A stretch of 64,000 nt of DNA from an uncultured Verrucomicrobiae bacterium (GTDB lineage Bacteria; Verrucomicrobiota; Verrucomicrobiia; Limisphaerales; JAFGQR01). Positions 20,918 to 33,522 of the stretch are shown here, piece after piece; the stretch's first letter is position 1; the number at the start of each line of letters is the position of its first letter. Made by a program: the position numbers and the translations under genes. The notes beneath the pieces are model-generated. The model was not told the DNA's origin and searched no databases. It saw only the letters and a program-made list of their open reading frames with translations. Where the stretch lies: NCBI GenBank assembly GCA_963788655.1, contig CAWBHS010000078.1:1-64000 (forward strand). The letters run 5' to 3'.

Positions 20918-23900
20918 TCACGGTTGCGAAGGCAACCGGGAGATGCGATAGAACCGTTGGGGCTGCGTGCCGGCACCGGGATCAGTGACCTCGACTTCGC
21001 CGCCGGTGCCTTCGACTTCATTCCCCAGCGGGGTCCACGTTTGGGCATTTACCTCATTCGCCCACTCAACGCGGTAGCGCGCGTCGGCTTCGGTGACAAA
21101 ACGAAGGTGCAGCGTGGTGGTGGCCAGGTTGACCGCCGTGATGCGCACCACGCCGGCTGGCACCAGGGGGTTGCTGCCCAGACGCAATTCCTCGCGGTTG
21201 CTGAGGCCGTCCTGGTCCGGATCATCGTCGGGTCCGCCCAGGGGCGAGTTCAACGACGCGAAGTAGCGCAGTTCCCAGGCATCCGGCAATCCATCGTGAT
21301 CGGAATCGGTTCCTGGCTTGACCGCAAACGGTTGTCCGATGCTGATGTGATCGGTCGGCCCCACCACCCGCAGACGCATGGCTTCCACCGGCCCGGCAAT
21401 CGTAATGTCGCCGGTCCAGATGCCCCCGACCATGGGGCCGATCACCGTCGGCGACACCACCACTGGCGCGTCGATCAGCAATCGGAGGTTCGGGACGAGG
21501 TTCGTTCCCATTGGCGGCGGAGCGGTGACATCGGACCACTCGCGAGGATCGCCAAAACCGCTGTCCGATTCAAAATAGGTCGAGCGCATTTCCGGCGCCG
21601 CCGAAGCCAAACACAAGCCGTCGGACGTGTAGTCGGAATTGTCGAAACTGAAATCCATCATCAGGCTGGCCGTGCCGTTGTAGGCAAACGGAGTGTCGAG
21701 GAAGATGGAGAGCCATCCGGTATGCTTGACCACCAAATCGTTGGCGAACACCGTGGTCCAACCCTCCGTCTCCCACGTCGGCAAAACATAGTGTGTCAGC
21801 GGCGTGTGTTTGACGCGAATGGTCCAGTTGCTCAAGGTCTGCCCCGGCGGCAGCGATACGTTCAAGGCCAGCGCGCTCAGGGTTCCCGCCCGGCCGATGT
21901 CGGCGGCGGGGTAGATCACCTGCAAACGTCCATCGTGGAAAAAGGTATTCATCGGATAATTCCATTCGCGCTCTTCAGTGCCCAGCGTGATCGTGTCGCT
22001 GTCCGGAAAACCGCTTAAGCGCAGCGTGCCGGTAAAGTCTGTTTTCACGCGGCCCAAGCCATCTCGCGCCACAATCGTCAGCGGAAAGGGCACGCCGGCG
22101 TAGCGCGGTGAAGGCACGGTGCTGATTTCGAATTGATCCAGTTCCGCGGCGTCGTCATCCAGTATCAGGCCCAGCCCGACGTTGTCCGCCAGGGTCACAC
22201 TGGACGCAGACGAAAGCACCACCGAGAAAACTTCGTTGTCCTCGTACGTGAAGTCGCCCACCACCGGAATCTGGATTGTTTGATTGGTCACACCCGGTAG
22301 GAAGGTCACCGTGCCCATCTGGGACAGGTAATCCTCGACTCGGGTGGCCGCGCCCACGTGCGGCAGATCAGTAATGGGTGGAAAAGTAATGGGATAATTT
22401 TGAGTCACCATCCCGTCCCGTGTCTCGTATTTGGCGCTGACGGTTCGGGCGCTGGGTTCATCCAAAGTCACCACGACGACGGCGTTGGTCAGCATGCCGT
22501 TCGGCCCTTCCTCCACGACTGCGTCCCCGATGTTCATGACCGGAGTGCGGTCATTGTCGATAATGGCGCAGATATTTGCGGGTACGGGAACTACCGCGTT
22601 GCTCGGCGACGTTAAATGCACGTAGAAAATCTCGACATTTTCGTTAACCAAATCACCCACAATTGGCACGCTGACGGTTTGGTTCACGGTGCCTGGCGCA
22701 AATACCAGGTTGGTTATGAGTGGTTCATAATCCTGGCCAGCAGTGGCCAGATAGGCGCTCGTTTCAAAGGTGACCGATACCGGCAAGCGGCTCGGGGCCG
22801 ACAACTTTACGGGGAAATCAGCCGTGGTGGTGTCGTCGCCTTCGAACGTAATCACGTCGATCGTGGTCAATCGGGGGAAATTCGCCGTGGACACCGCCGT
22901 GGCAGTATTATTGCCATAAAAGCCATCCAACTCAGTTCGCGTCACGGAAACCTGATTGGCCAGCATGCCGGGTGCTTGCGGTCGAACCAGGATGGTCACC
23001 TCCGCGGACGATTCACCAGCCAGGGTCCCGAGGTCGCACGTCACCACGCCGTCTGCCTGGGCGCAGGTTCCTTGCGAACTGGATGCCGACACGAACTCCA
23101 CCGCGGCGGGCAAACGATTCGTCAGCCACACTCCGGTGGCCGCCCCTGGACCGGTATTTGTGACCACGATGTTGTACGTCAAATCGTCGGCCACGAGCAA
23201 CACATCGGGTTCGTCATGAATCGCCACTGCCACGTCATTGGAACCAACCAGCTCGATGGGCGCGGACAAGACCCAACGGCCCGACTCATCACTGGCCAGC
23301 AGGGTGACCGGCGTTTTTGTTTGCGGCAGCACCAGTTGGCCCTGCCATACGCCATTGGCGAAATTCGTTAACGTGTTCGGCATCACCGCAAGGGGCACGC
23401 TGTTGGTAAACGGCGTCAACAGGTTCGTTCCCAGTGCCCCGACACCATTCTCAGCAATCACCCAATCAGCGGCGGAGTCGTGGTCGGCCTGGCCGACGCG
23501 TTGCCAGGTGAGTACGGCGTTGGTATTGATCGGTAGCGCATTACCTTCCCAGGCGTCGGGGGGAATGGTGATCGGATTCGTGATGAGCGTCGGGTTGGCG
23601 TAGGCCGCGCAGACGAAGTCCACCACGTTACTGTCCGCGTCCTGCACCAGCACGGCGACCTCATTACTGACCGCGGTGTTGTTCCAGACGATATTGGTGC
23701 CAGTGAAAAAATTCGGATAAACTCCCGGCGGGGTGCCGAACCGGTTCAACACAAACAGTCCGCCAGGCGGCGTGATGGAATTGGTGGGCACCACAAAGCG
23801 AATGCGCGGATTCGGCCAGGACTTGCCGTCGTAGAGCGTGAGCTGCCAACCCGACAGATCCAGCCATTGTCCCGAAACATTCACAAATTCCGCACGATCG

Positions 23901-26900
23901 TTTTGCCCGGAGTCAATCTCGGATACCACCACGGCGGAACGGCGGCCATCACCGGGCAGGACTTGCAAGGATACCGGGCCGGGGTAATTCGTGGCCACGT
24001 TGCCAATGTTGTCGCGCGCCGACAGCGTGACCGGGAACGGCTGATTGACAAATTGCGGCGAGCCGATGTCGCCCCATTCCAAATGGTCCACGGCCCCGAC
24101 GCCGCGAGTTTCAAATTGCCAAACCGGTCCCCAGGTTTGCGCCGGACCGCGGTGAGCCAGCACCTGCCAGTAATAGGTGGTGTTGAGCGCGAGTGACGGC
24201 AGTTTCCAAAACGGCTTGGCGGCGGTGCCCAACAGTTCCTGGGGACCCAAGCGCGGCTGCGTGCCGAAGTAAACGTCGTAGGTGTCGGCCGCCGCTTCAC
24301 CCAGTGACAGGCTGATGTTGTCCAGGTGCAGGTTGAAGTACGTCAAGTCGTCCATTTCTACGAACGCCAGCCGGATGGTCTGGCCGCGATAACGAATCAG
24401 GTCGTACGTGCGTTGCTCCCAGTCGGTGAGCAACGGATCGCCGGGCTGGGTCCGGTAAAGCACTTCGAGCACGGCGTTGTTGACGTTGCGAATTTCCACA
24501 CGGAATTCCTGGATCAGCGGAACAAAGCGGTCGCTATGATTGCGGACGCGATCCATCCAGCTCAACGTGGCCGCCTTGGCGCCGGCGGGAATGGTGACGT
24601 CCTGATACAACTCGTGGCTGCCGGTGCCGGTTTGCTGCGAGAGAATTGAATAAGTTCCGGCGAAGGGAGCCAATGTGCCATCCGGGCCTTCCGGATTCAC
24701 CTTGCCGTCGTTGATCAGCCAACCGCCGAGACCGTGATTCACCGCCGTCCAACCGGTGAGGTCACCGGTTTCAAAGTCGCCATTCACCAAGATGTCGCCA
24801 ATGCCGGTCCCCCAACTCAACGCTGTGTCCACCGGTACTTCGTGGACGCCATCGCCCGGATGCGGGTCGTACGGTGCCAGCGGGGTTTCGTCATCCAGGA
24901 TGCCAATCTCCGCAGTGCCTTTGCCAAAGTGTTTGGCGGTCGCGGTGACCTTGACTGTCCGCAAGCCGTCAATCATGGAATCGTCCACCACCGTCAGATC
25001 GAAGCGCGCGCTGAAGCGTCCGACGGGAATCGTGACGGTCTTCGGAACCACCAACTCCGTGGTATCACTGGAACTCAGTTCCACGACTTGTTCATTGGTC
25101 TGCGTAGCGGCCAATCGCACCAGACCGGCCGCCGCCAACACGCCGTTGCCTTCGCTGACCAGGGCCGGCAGGTTGACGCTTAACTGGCGTTTGTCATTGT
25201 CGCGCACCTGGATGGTGTCACGGCCATCGGTCCAATTCGCTACGTGTGCCGTAATGGTCACCTCTTGCGGACCGTCCAGTTCCAGGTCGTCCATGACCGT
25301 AAGATCAAACGATGTATCCTTCTTTTGCCCGCGGGGTATGACCACGAAGGGCGGCACTTTGACTTCGGTGGGATCGCTCGACGTCAAAATTACGGTGACA
25401 TCTTTTTGGGGCTCGGGTTTGACTTTCAATTTGCCCCGGCGTTTGCCCGGTTTGTCGCCTTCCTTGGCCTTGCCGTCGATCTTCAATTCAAGCTTGGCGG
25501 TTTCATTGTCATCGACGTTCAGCACCGCGCTGGCGGGCACGTGATCCGCCGCCGAAACGTTGATGGCCACCGGTTGCGTTCCGTCCAACAACTGGTTGTC
25601 GAGCAGGTTCAGATCGAAGGTCGCGGAGCTGGCGCCGGCCGGAATGATCACGGTGGCCGGCACGGCGAGTTTGGACGGATCGCTGGAACCCAGTTGCACC
25701 GTCAAATCTGTCGGCACCGGAGCGCCCAGACTAACGGTGCCCTGGCCCGCCAGCATGCCGCTTCCTTCGGTGGCTTCCGACGGGAGCGTGAGCACGAAGC
25801 GCCGCGCGGGTATGCCGGTCACACTGATATCGTCCAGGGAAATGCCATCGATGGGAATCGCGTTGTTGTCATACTGGTTGAAGCGAACCTGGAACATGGA
25901 ATTGTAGGTCAAACCGTAAGCGGCCATGGCTTCGTCAAGGCTGGACCACCATTTCCCGGTTGGTGTTGGCCAGCGTGCGCAACTCCTGCACTTCATACCA
26001 GTTGATCCCGTTCGTGCTGATCGCGACGCCGTCGAAATTCGCACCATCGGCAAACGGACTGGGGGGCGGCGGATGCGGATCGTCGCCAAATTCCCGAGCC
26101 CAAAACCGCAGCACCACATTGGTGTAGCCGGACAAATCCAGGCCCAAGGTCAATTCGTTCCGCGCATCGACATTGTTGATCGACGTGTCCATGGTCAGAT
26201 GATACTGGCCGCTGTGGGGATCGTTGTCGCTGGTTACTACCGTACAGGTACGGCCCGGTTCCAGATACGCTCCAATACGATTGCAGGCGGCCGCTCTCGA
26301 AACCTTCGGTGAAAGGCAAGCCGGTGAATCCCTGGACGCGCAACCGCACGTCGCGCGTTTGCGCCACGCCACTGGTGGCGTTGGAGAACACCAGCGTGCC
26401 CCCATAAATCCCCAACGGCAGGGCGTTGGCCGCATCGTTTAAGCAAACGGATACAGAGGACGCCGAACCCGCGTCTAACGTGCCGTTGTCCGCCGACACC
26501 GTCAGCCAGGGCACCGAGGAATCCACGAACCAGTTCAGCGGCGCTTCGGTGTGGTTGGTTAGCACGTAGGTTTTGCAGTTCGGAACGAACGGTCCGTTGG
26601 CGGGGCCATTGAACGTGGTTCCGCTCAGCGAACTGATCAGTAATGCGTCCGGCATGTCGTAGGCCTCCTGAACGCCGGTCGTGCTGGTGCTGGCGGGCGC
26701 CACCGCACTGAATCCCATGCCGCGTTTGGCAAACGCCGCCCACAGATCGTTGTAGTTGGCTCCGCCGCTGTCCACCAAGTCGGCCTGGATGATCGCATCG
26801 CGCGCTTCGAGGAAATCCGGATTAGGCGGCGAGAGCTTCAAACCGTCCGTCACCAGTTGCAACGCCAGGTGATTGCCCTTCGCAAAGCCATATTTGTGGA

Positions 26901-28824
26901 CCAGATTGGCGCGCATTTCCCACAGGACCACGCACCAGACTTCGCCCTGGCTATGGACTTCCCCCGGATCGCCGAAACCGCCCACCGGATTGATGGGCAC
27001 GCTGGGATGACGGTCTGCCAAAAAGGGATCAATATCTTTGAACGTCAGCGGATTCTTCGTCATGTCCGTCGAATACGGATAGCGACGAATCCCGTAATAA
27101 TAATTCTCCGTCAAACCGTAGAACTGCCACGTGGCGTAGCCGCCCACCGAGTAGGCGCCGTCCGGGTCATCGTCCGGTTCGCTCAACAGAGCCAGGGCAT
27201 ACCAATCCGACCACCCTTCACCCATGCCGTAAGTTTGCAACGCGCCCATGCCCACGCCGCCGCCCACCAACCGGTCCGTCAAACCGTGCGTGTATTCGTG
27301 CAGCACAATTTCGGCATCCAGACTGCCATCGCGAAACGGAGTTGGTCCGTTGAACAGAAACATCTGGATGCGCGGCGGGGTGCCATCGGTGGTCGGGGTG
27401 AAGTTGGCATTGTTGAAGCCCGAACCATCCTGGGCGTCGGCCATCACCGGATCGCTGCCCAGACCGCCACGGCCCAGGTTGTCCTTCTGGAAATTGCCGG
27501 CGGCTTCAGTGAAACCCAATTCGTACAGCTTGTCGTGCATCCAATTGCACCAATAGAACAGTTGCACTGTCGAAGCGTTGCCGTAGGCGTCCGGGGATTG
27601 TTCGAGATCGAGGGGGAAATCAAACACGCGAAAGGGCAATCCCTGCGGTCGGGGAAGGTCGGGGCTGTTGTCCGCGTTGCGGTCCAGATGGGCATCGACG
27701 TTGTTGCCGCGCGTTTGGTTGTCCCCGTCCGCAATCCAGCCGAGCGGCGAAGCGTTGGTGTCGAGCGCGGCAAAGGTCAGCAACTGCCGCGGCACCAGCG
27801 GCGGTTGATTCGTTGCGGGCGCCGGATAGCTGGGCGAAAAAGGCGACGGACTGTCGCTGGTGTACACCCGGTAACTGGCGTCGGTCAGGTAAACGGTCAG
27901 GCTCCGCCGGAGCAAGACTTCGCCGGTCTGGGCATCCACCAGCATGCGATACCGTTCATTGCCGAGGTGTCGGGTCAATTCCACTTGCCAGCACAACCGC
28001 AACGTTGCTTGATCCACGGCCAGCCACACCAGTTGCACCGCGGCCTCGCCGGGAAGATCGCCCGCCCGGAACCGCTGCGCCCTGTCAACGCCGGCCGGTG
28101 GATCTTCCAAGGGCAACACGGTGGGTAACAATACAGTTTCTTCCAGGCTCCCCGCCGCCAGCACCACTGCCTGCGGGGCGGTGATCGACGGACCGGCAAT
28201 GACCGCCGCCCGATTGGGCGTGCCGGAGTTGGCGGCGCCGGCCAGGTCGGACAGAAAGTAGCTGGACATGTTCACCAGTTCGCCGTCGCGGGTGATGTGT
28301 CCGACCAGCACCCCTTCATAGACGGAAATGCCGTCCAGTTCCTGCTGCCAGACCACGCTGCGCAGACCATTTTCCGGTGCCGTGTAATCCCGCTTCAAGC
28401 GCGCCTGGCTAATTGCCTCGGGACCGTAGCCAAACAAATCCTGATGTTCATCCACAAAGGCCATGACCGGCCGATACGGGTTCCCTGCCGGCCCGCGCTG
28501 GGAATAGATTCGCGAAACGCCTTTGCCCATGCCGCCCGGCCCACTTAAAAAGCTTTCCGGCGAGGCGATCGAACGGGGCGCTTGCAGATTGGCGTCGAAA
28601 TCCACTCGAACTTTCGGCACTTGGCGGCGCAAACGTTCAGCGGCGGCTACTTTTGGGGCGGGTTTGACGGTCGCAGGTTGGGCGCGATGACGGCGGTCGA
28701 AATTTGGTAATTCACGGTGGACTGGACGCTGGTAAGCCCAAAGATCTGGCGGCGTCCCCGCGAGACAAAGCACTCCGGCAACCGCCAAAACAATACATCC
28801 ATTTCTAAACAACAATTTGAGCAC
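20918..28824 (-). CDS. Giant secreted M36 (fungalysin) metallopeptidase with Calx-beta/Ig-like, DUF11-like and other modules; two frameshifts (~26245, ~25945)
   Basis: FTP-like propeptide; GFTEAAGNFQ, NNANF, HEYTHG, GMGEGWSD, EVHSQGEVW; repeated SSD..E..VP units. Confidence 0.88.
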
Positions 28825-29025
28825 GACATATTCTAGCGTAACTGTAGGTAATATCCAACGGGCTCTTTACGATTCTTACCGTCCAGCCAAGTCTGCTTAA
28901 GTATCGCTGATTCAGTGGACCTGAGGGACGGCCAAAGAAGATTTGAACCGGTCTTTCGAGACTGGTTACACTGACGGAATCACGCGGATGTTGTGCGCGT
29001 CAAACGGAATGGATTGGAACGATTT

Positions 29026-29745
29026 ATGAACCGAAAGAACCCGAGGGCAACGAATGCTTCCGCCGCGGTGTCACCGGCCATCTTGCCGGTCTTTCAGACC
29101 AAGGAACAAACCAAGGCCTTTTACAACAAAATCAGCCGGGTCTATGACCTGTTGTCCGACCGCAGCGAAGCGCCCATACGCAAGGCTGGACTGGCGTTGC
29201 TGAAGGCACAACCCGGCGAGCGAGTGTTGGAAATCGGGTTTGGCACCGGACATTGCCTGGAGGCGTTGGCCAAAGCCGTGGGGGTTGGGGGACGAGTGAT
29301 GGGCATGGATTTGTCTGATCAAATGGTCAAGTTGGCCCGACACAATTTGCGGGAAGCCGGGTTACTGGAGCGATGCCGGCTGCGGTGCGGCGACGCCACC
29401 CATTTGCCTGATGCCGCCGACAGCCTGGACGCCGTGTTCATGAGCTTCACGCTTGAATTATTTGACGGGCCCGAGATTCCCACAGTTCTGACCGAATGCC
29501 GGCGGGTTCTGCGGCCCGGTGGGCGGCTGGTGGTCGTGGGAATGTCGAAGGAAGGTTCCCATGATCCGCTGATCCAAGTCTTCGAGTGGGCGCACAAGCA
29601 CTTTCCTCAATTCCTGGATTGCCGGCCGATTTATGTCCGCACCGCCATCGAGGAGGCAGGATTCCGGATCGAGCAGGTGCGGCACAAACATCTATGGATT
29701 CCCGTGGAAATTGTGCGGGGCGTCAAAGTTGCATCGATTGAATAG
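29026..29745 (+). CDS. Class I SAM-dependent methyltransferase (UbiE-like)
   Basis: VLEIGFGTG, DLSDQM, GDA..LP, RVLRPGG. Confidence 0.88.
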   Translation: MNRKNPRATNASAAVSPAILPVFQTKEQTKAFYNKISRVYDLLSDRSEAPIRKAGLALLKAQPGERVLEIGFGTGHCLEALAKAVGVGGRVMGMDLSDQMVKLARHNLREAGLLERCRLRCGDATHLPDAADSLDAVFMSFTLELFDGPEIPTVLTECRRVLRPGGRLVVVGMSKEGSHDPLIQVFEWAHKHFPQFLDCRPIYVRTAIEEAGFRIEQVRHKHLWIPVEIVRGVKVASIE

Positions 29746-29749
29746 CGTA

Positions 29750-30252
29750 ACGTGCTGCCAGCGTCCCGCCGGCAGACGCATGCAAGGGCGGACACAATGT
29801 TGTTGAACTCTGCCTTTGCAAAATGACCAGTGACCAATGTCCAAGGATCAGAGAAGCCTCAATGCCCAAGCGCCAAAACGAAATTCACGTGGGAGGCTAC
29901 TGGCATGATGGGCATTGGCTATTGGGCATTGGGCATTCTCTGGTCATTGGGTAATTGGACATTGGTCATTATTTGACGCCTCGGTTCCAAACCTGCCGGC
30001 AGTTTGAAACTGGGCACTCGAATGACAACTGGCGCCAATTCGCTGTTGACTTGGAGTGTGGAAAAGCCGGTGGAGATGAGCGCGCCTACCTGTATCCGAT
30101 CTGCCGGCAAGATGCCGGCAGCACGCTAAGCAACGTGCTGCCGGCGTCTCGCCGGCAGAAACGAATGCAAACGACCTGTCCGAATACCTGAGGGGGGATA
30201 ACCTGCGAACGGTCCGTTCCGAAACTGCCGGCAGGATGCCGGCAGCACGCTA
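29750..30252. repeat. REP-like palindrome cluster GTGCTGCCGGC.TC..GCCGGCAG, four copies in alternating orientation
   Basis: Copies at ~29752, ~30101, ~30134 and ~30225. Confidence 0.8.
29821..29970. repeat. Heptamer-unit inverted-repeat element (AATGACC / GGTCATT)
   Basis: CCAATG-type arm and CATTGG-type arm; core CATTCTCTGGTCATT. Confidence 0.75.
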
Positions 30253-30588
30253 ACTTCCAATTTGGATGGTTGCCACGGACGGCAACTCGCTGGCGCACGG
30301 TTGGTCGGCAGGCGCTTCAAGAGGGCGGTTGTTGGCGGTGATCAGTTCGTTGGCCAGCAGATAAGTTTCCACTTCTTCACCACTCACATCGGCCAGCATT
30401 TTCCCGTTCACTTCGACGCACGGACTAAGCGTTTGACCGCTTTTTTCCATCATCTCCTGCCGCTGCGCAGGATCATTGACAATATCGCGATCTTCGAAGG
30501 GCAGATCATACTTTCGCAGCACCGCGCGCACGCCTTGGCTCCAGCCGCAAAAGGGTTTCAAGTAAGCAACAATATTCGGTTTCGTCAT
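30250..30588 (-). CDS. Glutaredoxin-like protein
   Basis: KPFCGWS, SGQTLSPCVEVNG. Confidence 0.85.
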   Translation of the reverse strand: MTKPNIVAYLKPFCGWSQGVRAVLRKYDLPFEDRDIVNDPAQRQEMMEKSGQTLSPCVEVNGKMLADVSGEEVETYLLANELITANNRPLEAPADQPCASELPSVATIQIGS

Positions 30589-30834
30589 AATCGAAAGCAG
30601 TTTGGCAGGGGAATGTGGTTAGTCAAGTATTGATAATGAATCCCATAATACTCACTGGTCCGCAGGGGAAATTCGCAGCCGGAAATCCGATATGTTTAAC
30701 CCTTCGGTCTGAACGGCTTTTACCCGGCAGTGAGTTGAAGAGGGGAACTGCATTCGGTTCATGGCTTTTGGTTCCCTTCCTTCGTGTTCTTTGTCAATTG
30801 ACTTTCGTGGCAGGAATTTGGACGGTGCGCATTG

Positions 30835-31956
30835 ATGGCTGCAAATGTCTTGATTGTTCCCGACAAATTCAAAGGTACCCTTACGGCCCCGGATGCCGCC
30901 GCCGCGATTGCTCGCGGATGGTTGTCGGCGCGGCCTCAGGATAGTCTGGACCAGTTGCCCATGAGTGACGGAGGGGATGGCTTTGGCCAAATCATCAGTC
31001 AGTTGCTGAAAGCGGAACCGCAAATAGTGTCCACGGTGGATGCGGCTCATCGACCCCGCCATGCGTTGTGGTGGTGGCACGCACCCAGCCGGACTGCCAT
31101 CGTGGAATCGGCACAGGTGATTGGTCTGGCGATCCTGCCACCGGGGCATTTCCATCCCTTTCAGCTCGATACCCACGGTCTGGGGCCGGTGTTGCAAGCG
31201 GCCGCCGACCATGGCGCCCGGCGTTGCCTGATGGGCATTGGCGGCAGTTCGACCAATGACGGCGGATTCGGTTTGGCACGCGCTTTGGGTTGGCGTTTCC
31301 TGGATGCAGCGGGAGGAGAGATCCAGAATTGGACGGATCTTCATCAGTTGCACTCGTTGACTACCCCGCAGGCAAAACTACTGTTTGATGAGTTGATTGT
31401 TGCCGTGGACGTCCAGAATATCCTGCTGGGGCCGACTGGTTGCACCCGGGTTTATGGTCCGCAAAAAGGATTGCTGCCGGGTGATTTTGAGATGGCCGAA
31501 CAATGTCTGGAAAACTTGGCGAAAACGGTCAGCAGAGATTCGACCAATGACATTTCGACCGAGCCAGGCACGGGTGCCGCCGGGGGACTGGGATTTGGAT
31601 TGCGGGCGTTTGCCGGCGCCCGGTTGCAGCCGGGCTTTGACTTGTTTGCCGCGTTGGCCCATTTGCGCGACCGGATGGAAAAAGCGCAATTGGTGATCAC
31701 CGGGGAAGGGGCCATCGATGAGTCGAGTCTGATGGGCAAAGGGGTGGGGGAGGTGGCTCGAATGGCCCAGGAACTTCGCGTGCCGTGTCTCGGCTTGGGC
31801 GGAATAATCGCCGAGTCCGCGCGCGCCAGTGGCCGGTTTGCCCGGGTCCAGGCGTTGGCGCCGGACCTGACTTCAGCCGCAGAGGCGCAAGCCCACGCGG
31901 CGGGGTGGTTGGAAAAACTGGCGGCGAAGGTGGCCGCATCGTGGTCGCCGGCCTGA
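30835..31956 (+). CDS. glxK: Glycerate kinase
   Basis: PDKFKGTL, PMSDGGDG, GGSSTNDGG, GAAGGLG, ITGEG. Confidence 0.93.
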   Translation: MAANVLIVPDKFKGTLTAPDAAAAIARGWLSARPQDSLDQLPMSDGGDGFGQIISQLLKAEPQIVSTVDAAHRPRHALWWWHAPSRTAIVESAQVIGLAILPPGHFHPFQLDTHGLGPVLQAAADHGARRCLMGIGGSSTNDGGFGLARALGWRFLDAAGGEIQNWTDLHQLHSLTTPQAKLLFDELIVAVDVQNILLGPTGCTRVYGPQKGLLPGDFEMAEQCLENLAKTVSRDSTNDISTEPGTGAAGGLGFGLRAFAGARLQPGFDLFAALAHLRDRMEKAQLVITGEGAIDESSLMGKGVGEVARMAQELRVPCLGLGGIIAESARASGRFARVQALAPDLTSAAEAQAHAAGWLEKLAAKVAASWSPA

Positions 31957-32009
31957 TGGCGTTGGCTGCCGGGTAGTTGCCTGTGCTGTGGACGCACGTC
32001 ACCTTGGTC

Positions 32010-32075
32010 GGAGCGCGGACATTCTTGTCCGCATTCGATTGCCGCTGGGCAGGCGGACAAGAATGTCCGCGCCCC
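32010..32075. repeat. REP-like inverted doublet
   Basis: GGAGCGCGGACATTCTTGTCCGC ... GCGGACAAGAATGTCCGCGCCCC. Confidence 0.8.
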
Positions 32076-32157
32076 CCCGACAACAAGGGGAGCAACCGTG
32101 CGGAGGGCCCCAACAAGCAAGGCTTGCGCTCCGGATTCCAATGGCTAACGTTGGCTC

Positions 32158-32979
32158 ATGATGCTGGAAGATCACTTGGGCGACATAATTCGCAAAGCAC
32201 GCACGGCGGCGAACGTGCAGGTGGAAACCGCGGCGCAGGCGGCGGGGATTTCCGCGGCCGAGTTGCAGGCACTTGAGCAGTCCGGGCAGTTTGAGAGCCA
32301 GCCCAACTTGGACCCCTTGGCCGAACTGATCCACCTGAACGCGGCCAAATTAAAGGAGATTGCCGCTGGGTGGCTGCCGGCAACACCGGACCTCAGTCAA
32401 TGGCGTGAACTAAGGGTTATTACCACGACCCGGGGTGGCAATACAGTCAACTGTTTCCTGGTTTGGGACGAGGTATCGCGCGAGGCGGTGTTGTTTGACA
32501 CGGGATGGGAGGCGCAGCCAGTGTTTGCCCTGCTCGAAGAAAACGGATTGCAGCTTCAGCATTTGTTTTTGACGCACACCCACGAGGATCACGTAGCAGC
32601 GTTGGACGAAATTCGCGCCCGGTATTCCAAGGTGCGGCTCCACAGTAATGACGCCGGCGCTCCGCCCCAGCATCGCAACCGGGCCAATGACTTTATCCAT
32701 CTGGGCAGTCTGCGCATCACCAACCGCGCGACCCCGGGGCATGCGAACGACGGGGTGACCTACATAATCGGAACCTGGCCGGAGGACGCTCCGCACGTGG
32801 CGATCATTGGCGATACGATCTTCGCCGGTTCGCTGGCCAATGGTTTTATTTCGACGGACCAACTGAAACAAGCGGTGCGCGAGCAAATCTTTACGTTGCC
32901 GGTCGAAACGTTGCTTTGTCCGGGGCACGGTCCCCTGACGACGGTGGCCGAGGAGAAGGTGCATAATCCGTTTTTCTGA
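32158..32979 (+). CDS. MBL-fold metallo-hydrolase with N-terminal HTH-like region
   Basis: THTHEDH, TPGH, GDTIFAGS, CPGHGP. Confidence 0.9.
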   Translation: MMLEDHLGDIIRKARTAANVQVETAAQAAGISAAELQALEQSGQFESQPNLDPLAELIHLNAAKLKEIAAGWLPATPDLSQWRELRVITTTRGGNTVNCFLVWDEVSREAVLFDTGWEAQPVFALLEENGLQLQHLFLTHTHEDHVAALDEIRARYSKVRLHSNDAGAPPQHRNRANDFIHLGSLRITNRATPGHANDGVTYIIGTWPEDAPHVAIIGDTIFAGSLANGFISTDQLKQAVREQIFTLPVETLLCPGHGPLTTVAEEKVHNPFF

Positions 32980-33054
32980 GGCAGGGCTTACCAGTAGCAT
33001 TTTAACAAAGCTCGGGCTCAGATCGATACCAACTTCCCTTGCATTATCGTCGGC

Positions 33055-33495
33055 CCCACCGACCTCGATGGCCGTCCGCGCATCGTGGGCGGGACGATAG
33101 ACATTGGCGCCTACGAATATCAAGGCCCCGGCATCAGCGAATTCATCGGCTGGCTTTGGCAATACCGGCTGCCCACCGACGGCTCGGCCGATGCCACGGA
33201 TCCGGATCAGGACGGCCTGAACAACGGGCAGGAATGGCGGTGCGGCACCGATCCCACCAACGCGCTCTCCGTGCTGCGCCTGCTTTCGCCCGCCCCGTCC
33301 GGCACCAACGTGGACGTGACCTGGCAAAGCATGCCCGGGGTGAGCTATGCGTTGGAATGGAGCACGAACTTGGGCGTGGTTCCCGCCTTCCAGCCGCTGG
33401 CCACGAACCTCCCCGGCCAAACCTACCTGACCACTTTCACTCACACCAATGGAGCCACCGCCAGTCCGCGCTTCTACCGCATCGGCGTGCCGTAG
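33055..33495 (+). pseudogene. Orphan C-terminal fragment of the choice-of-anchor-Q-like family
   Basis: TDLDGRPRIVGGTIDIGAYEYQGPG...RFYRIGVP; homologous to 7068-8760; no N-terminus. Confidence 0.7.
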
Positions 33496-33522
33496 CCACT
33501 GGTCACGCCGCAACCCAACTTT

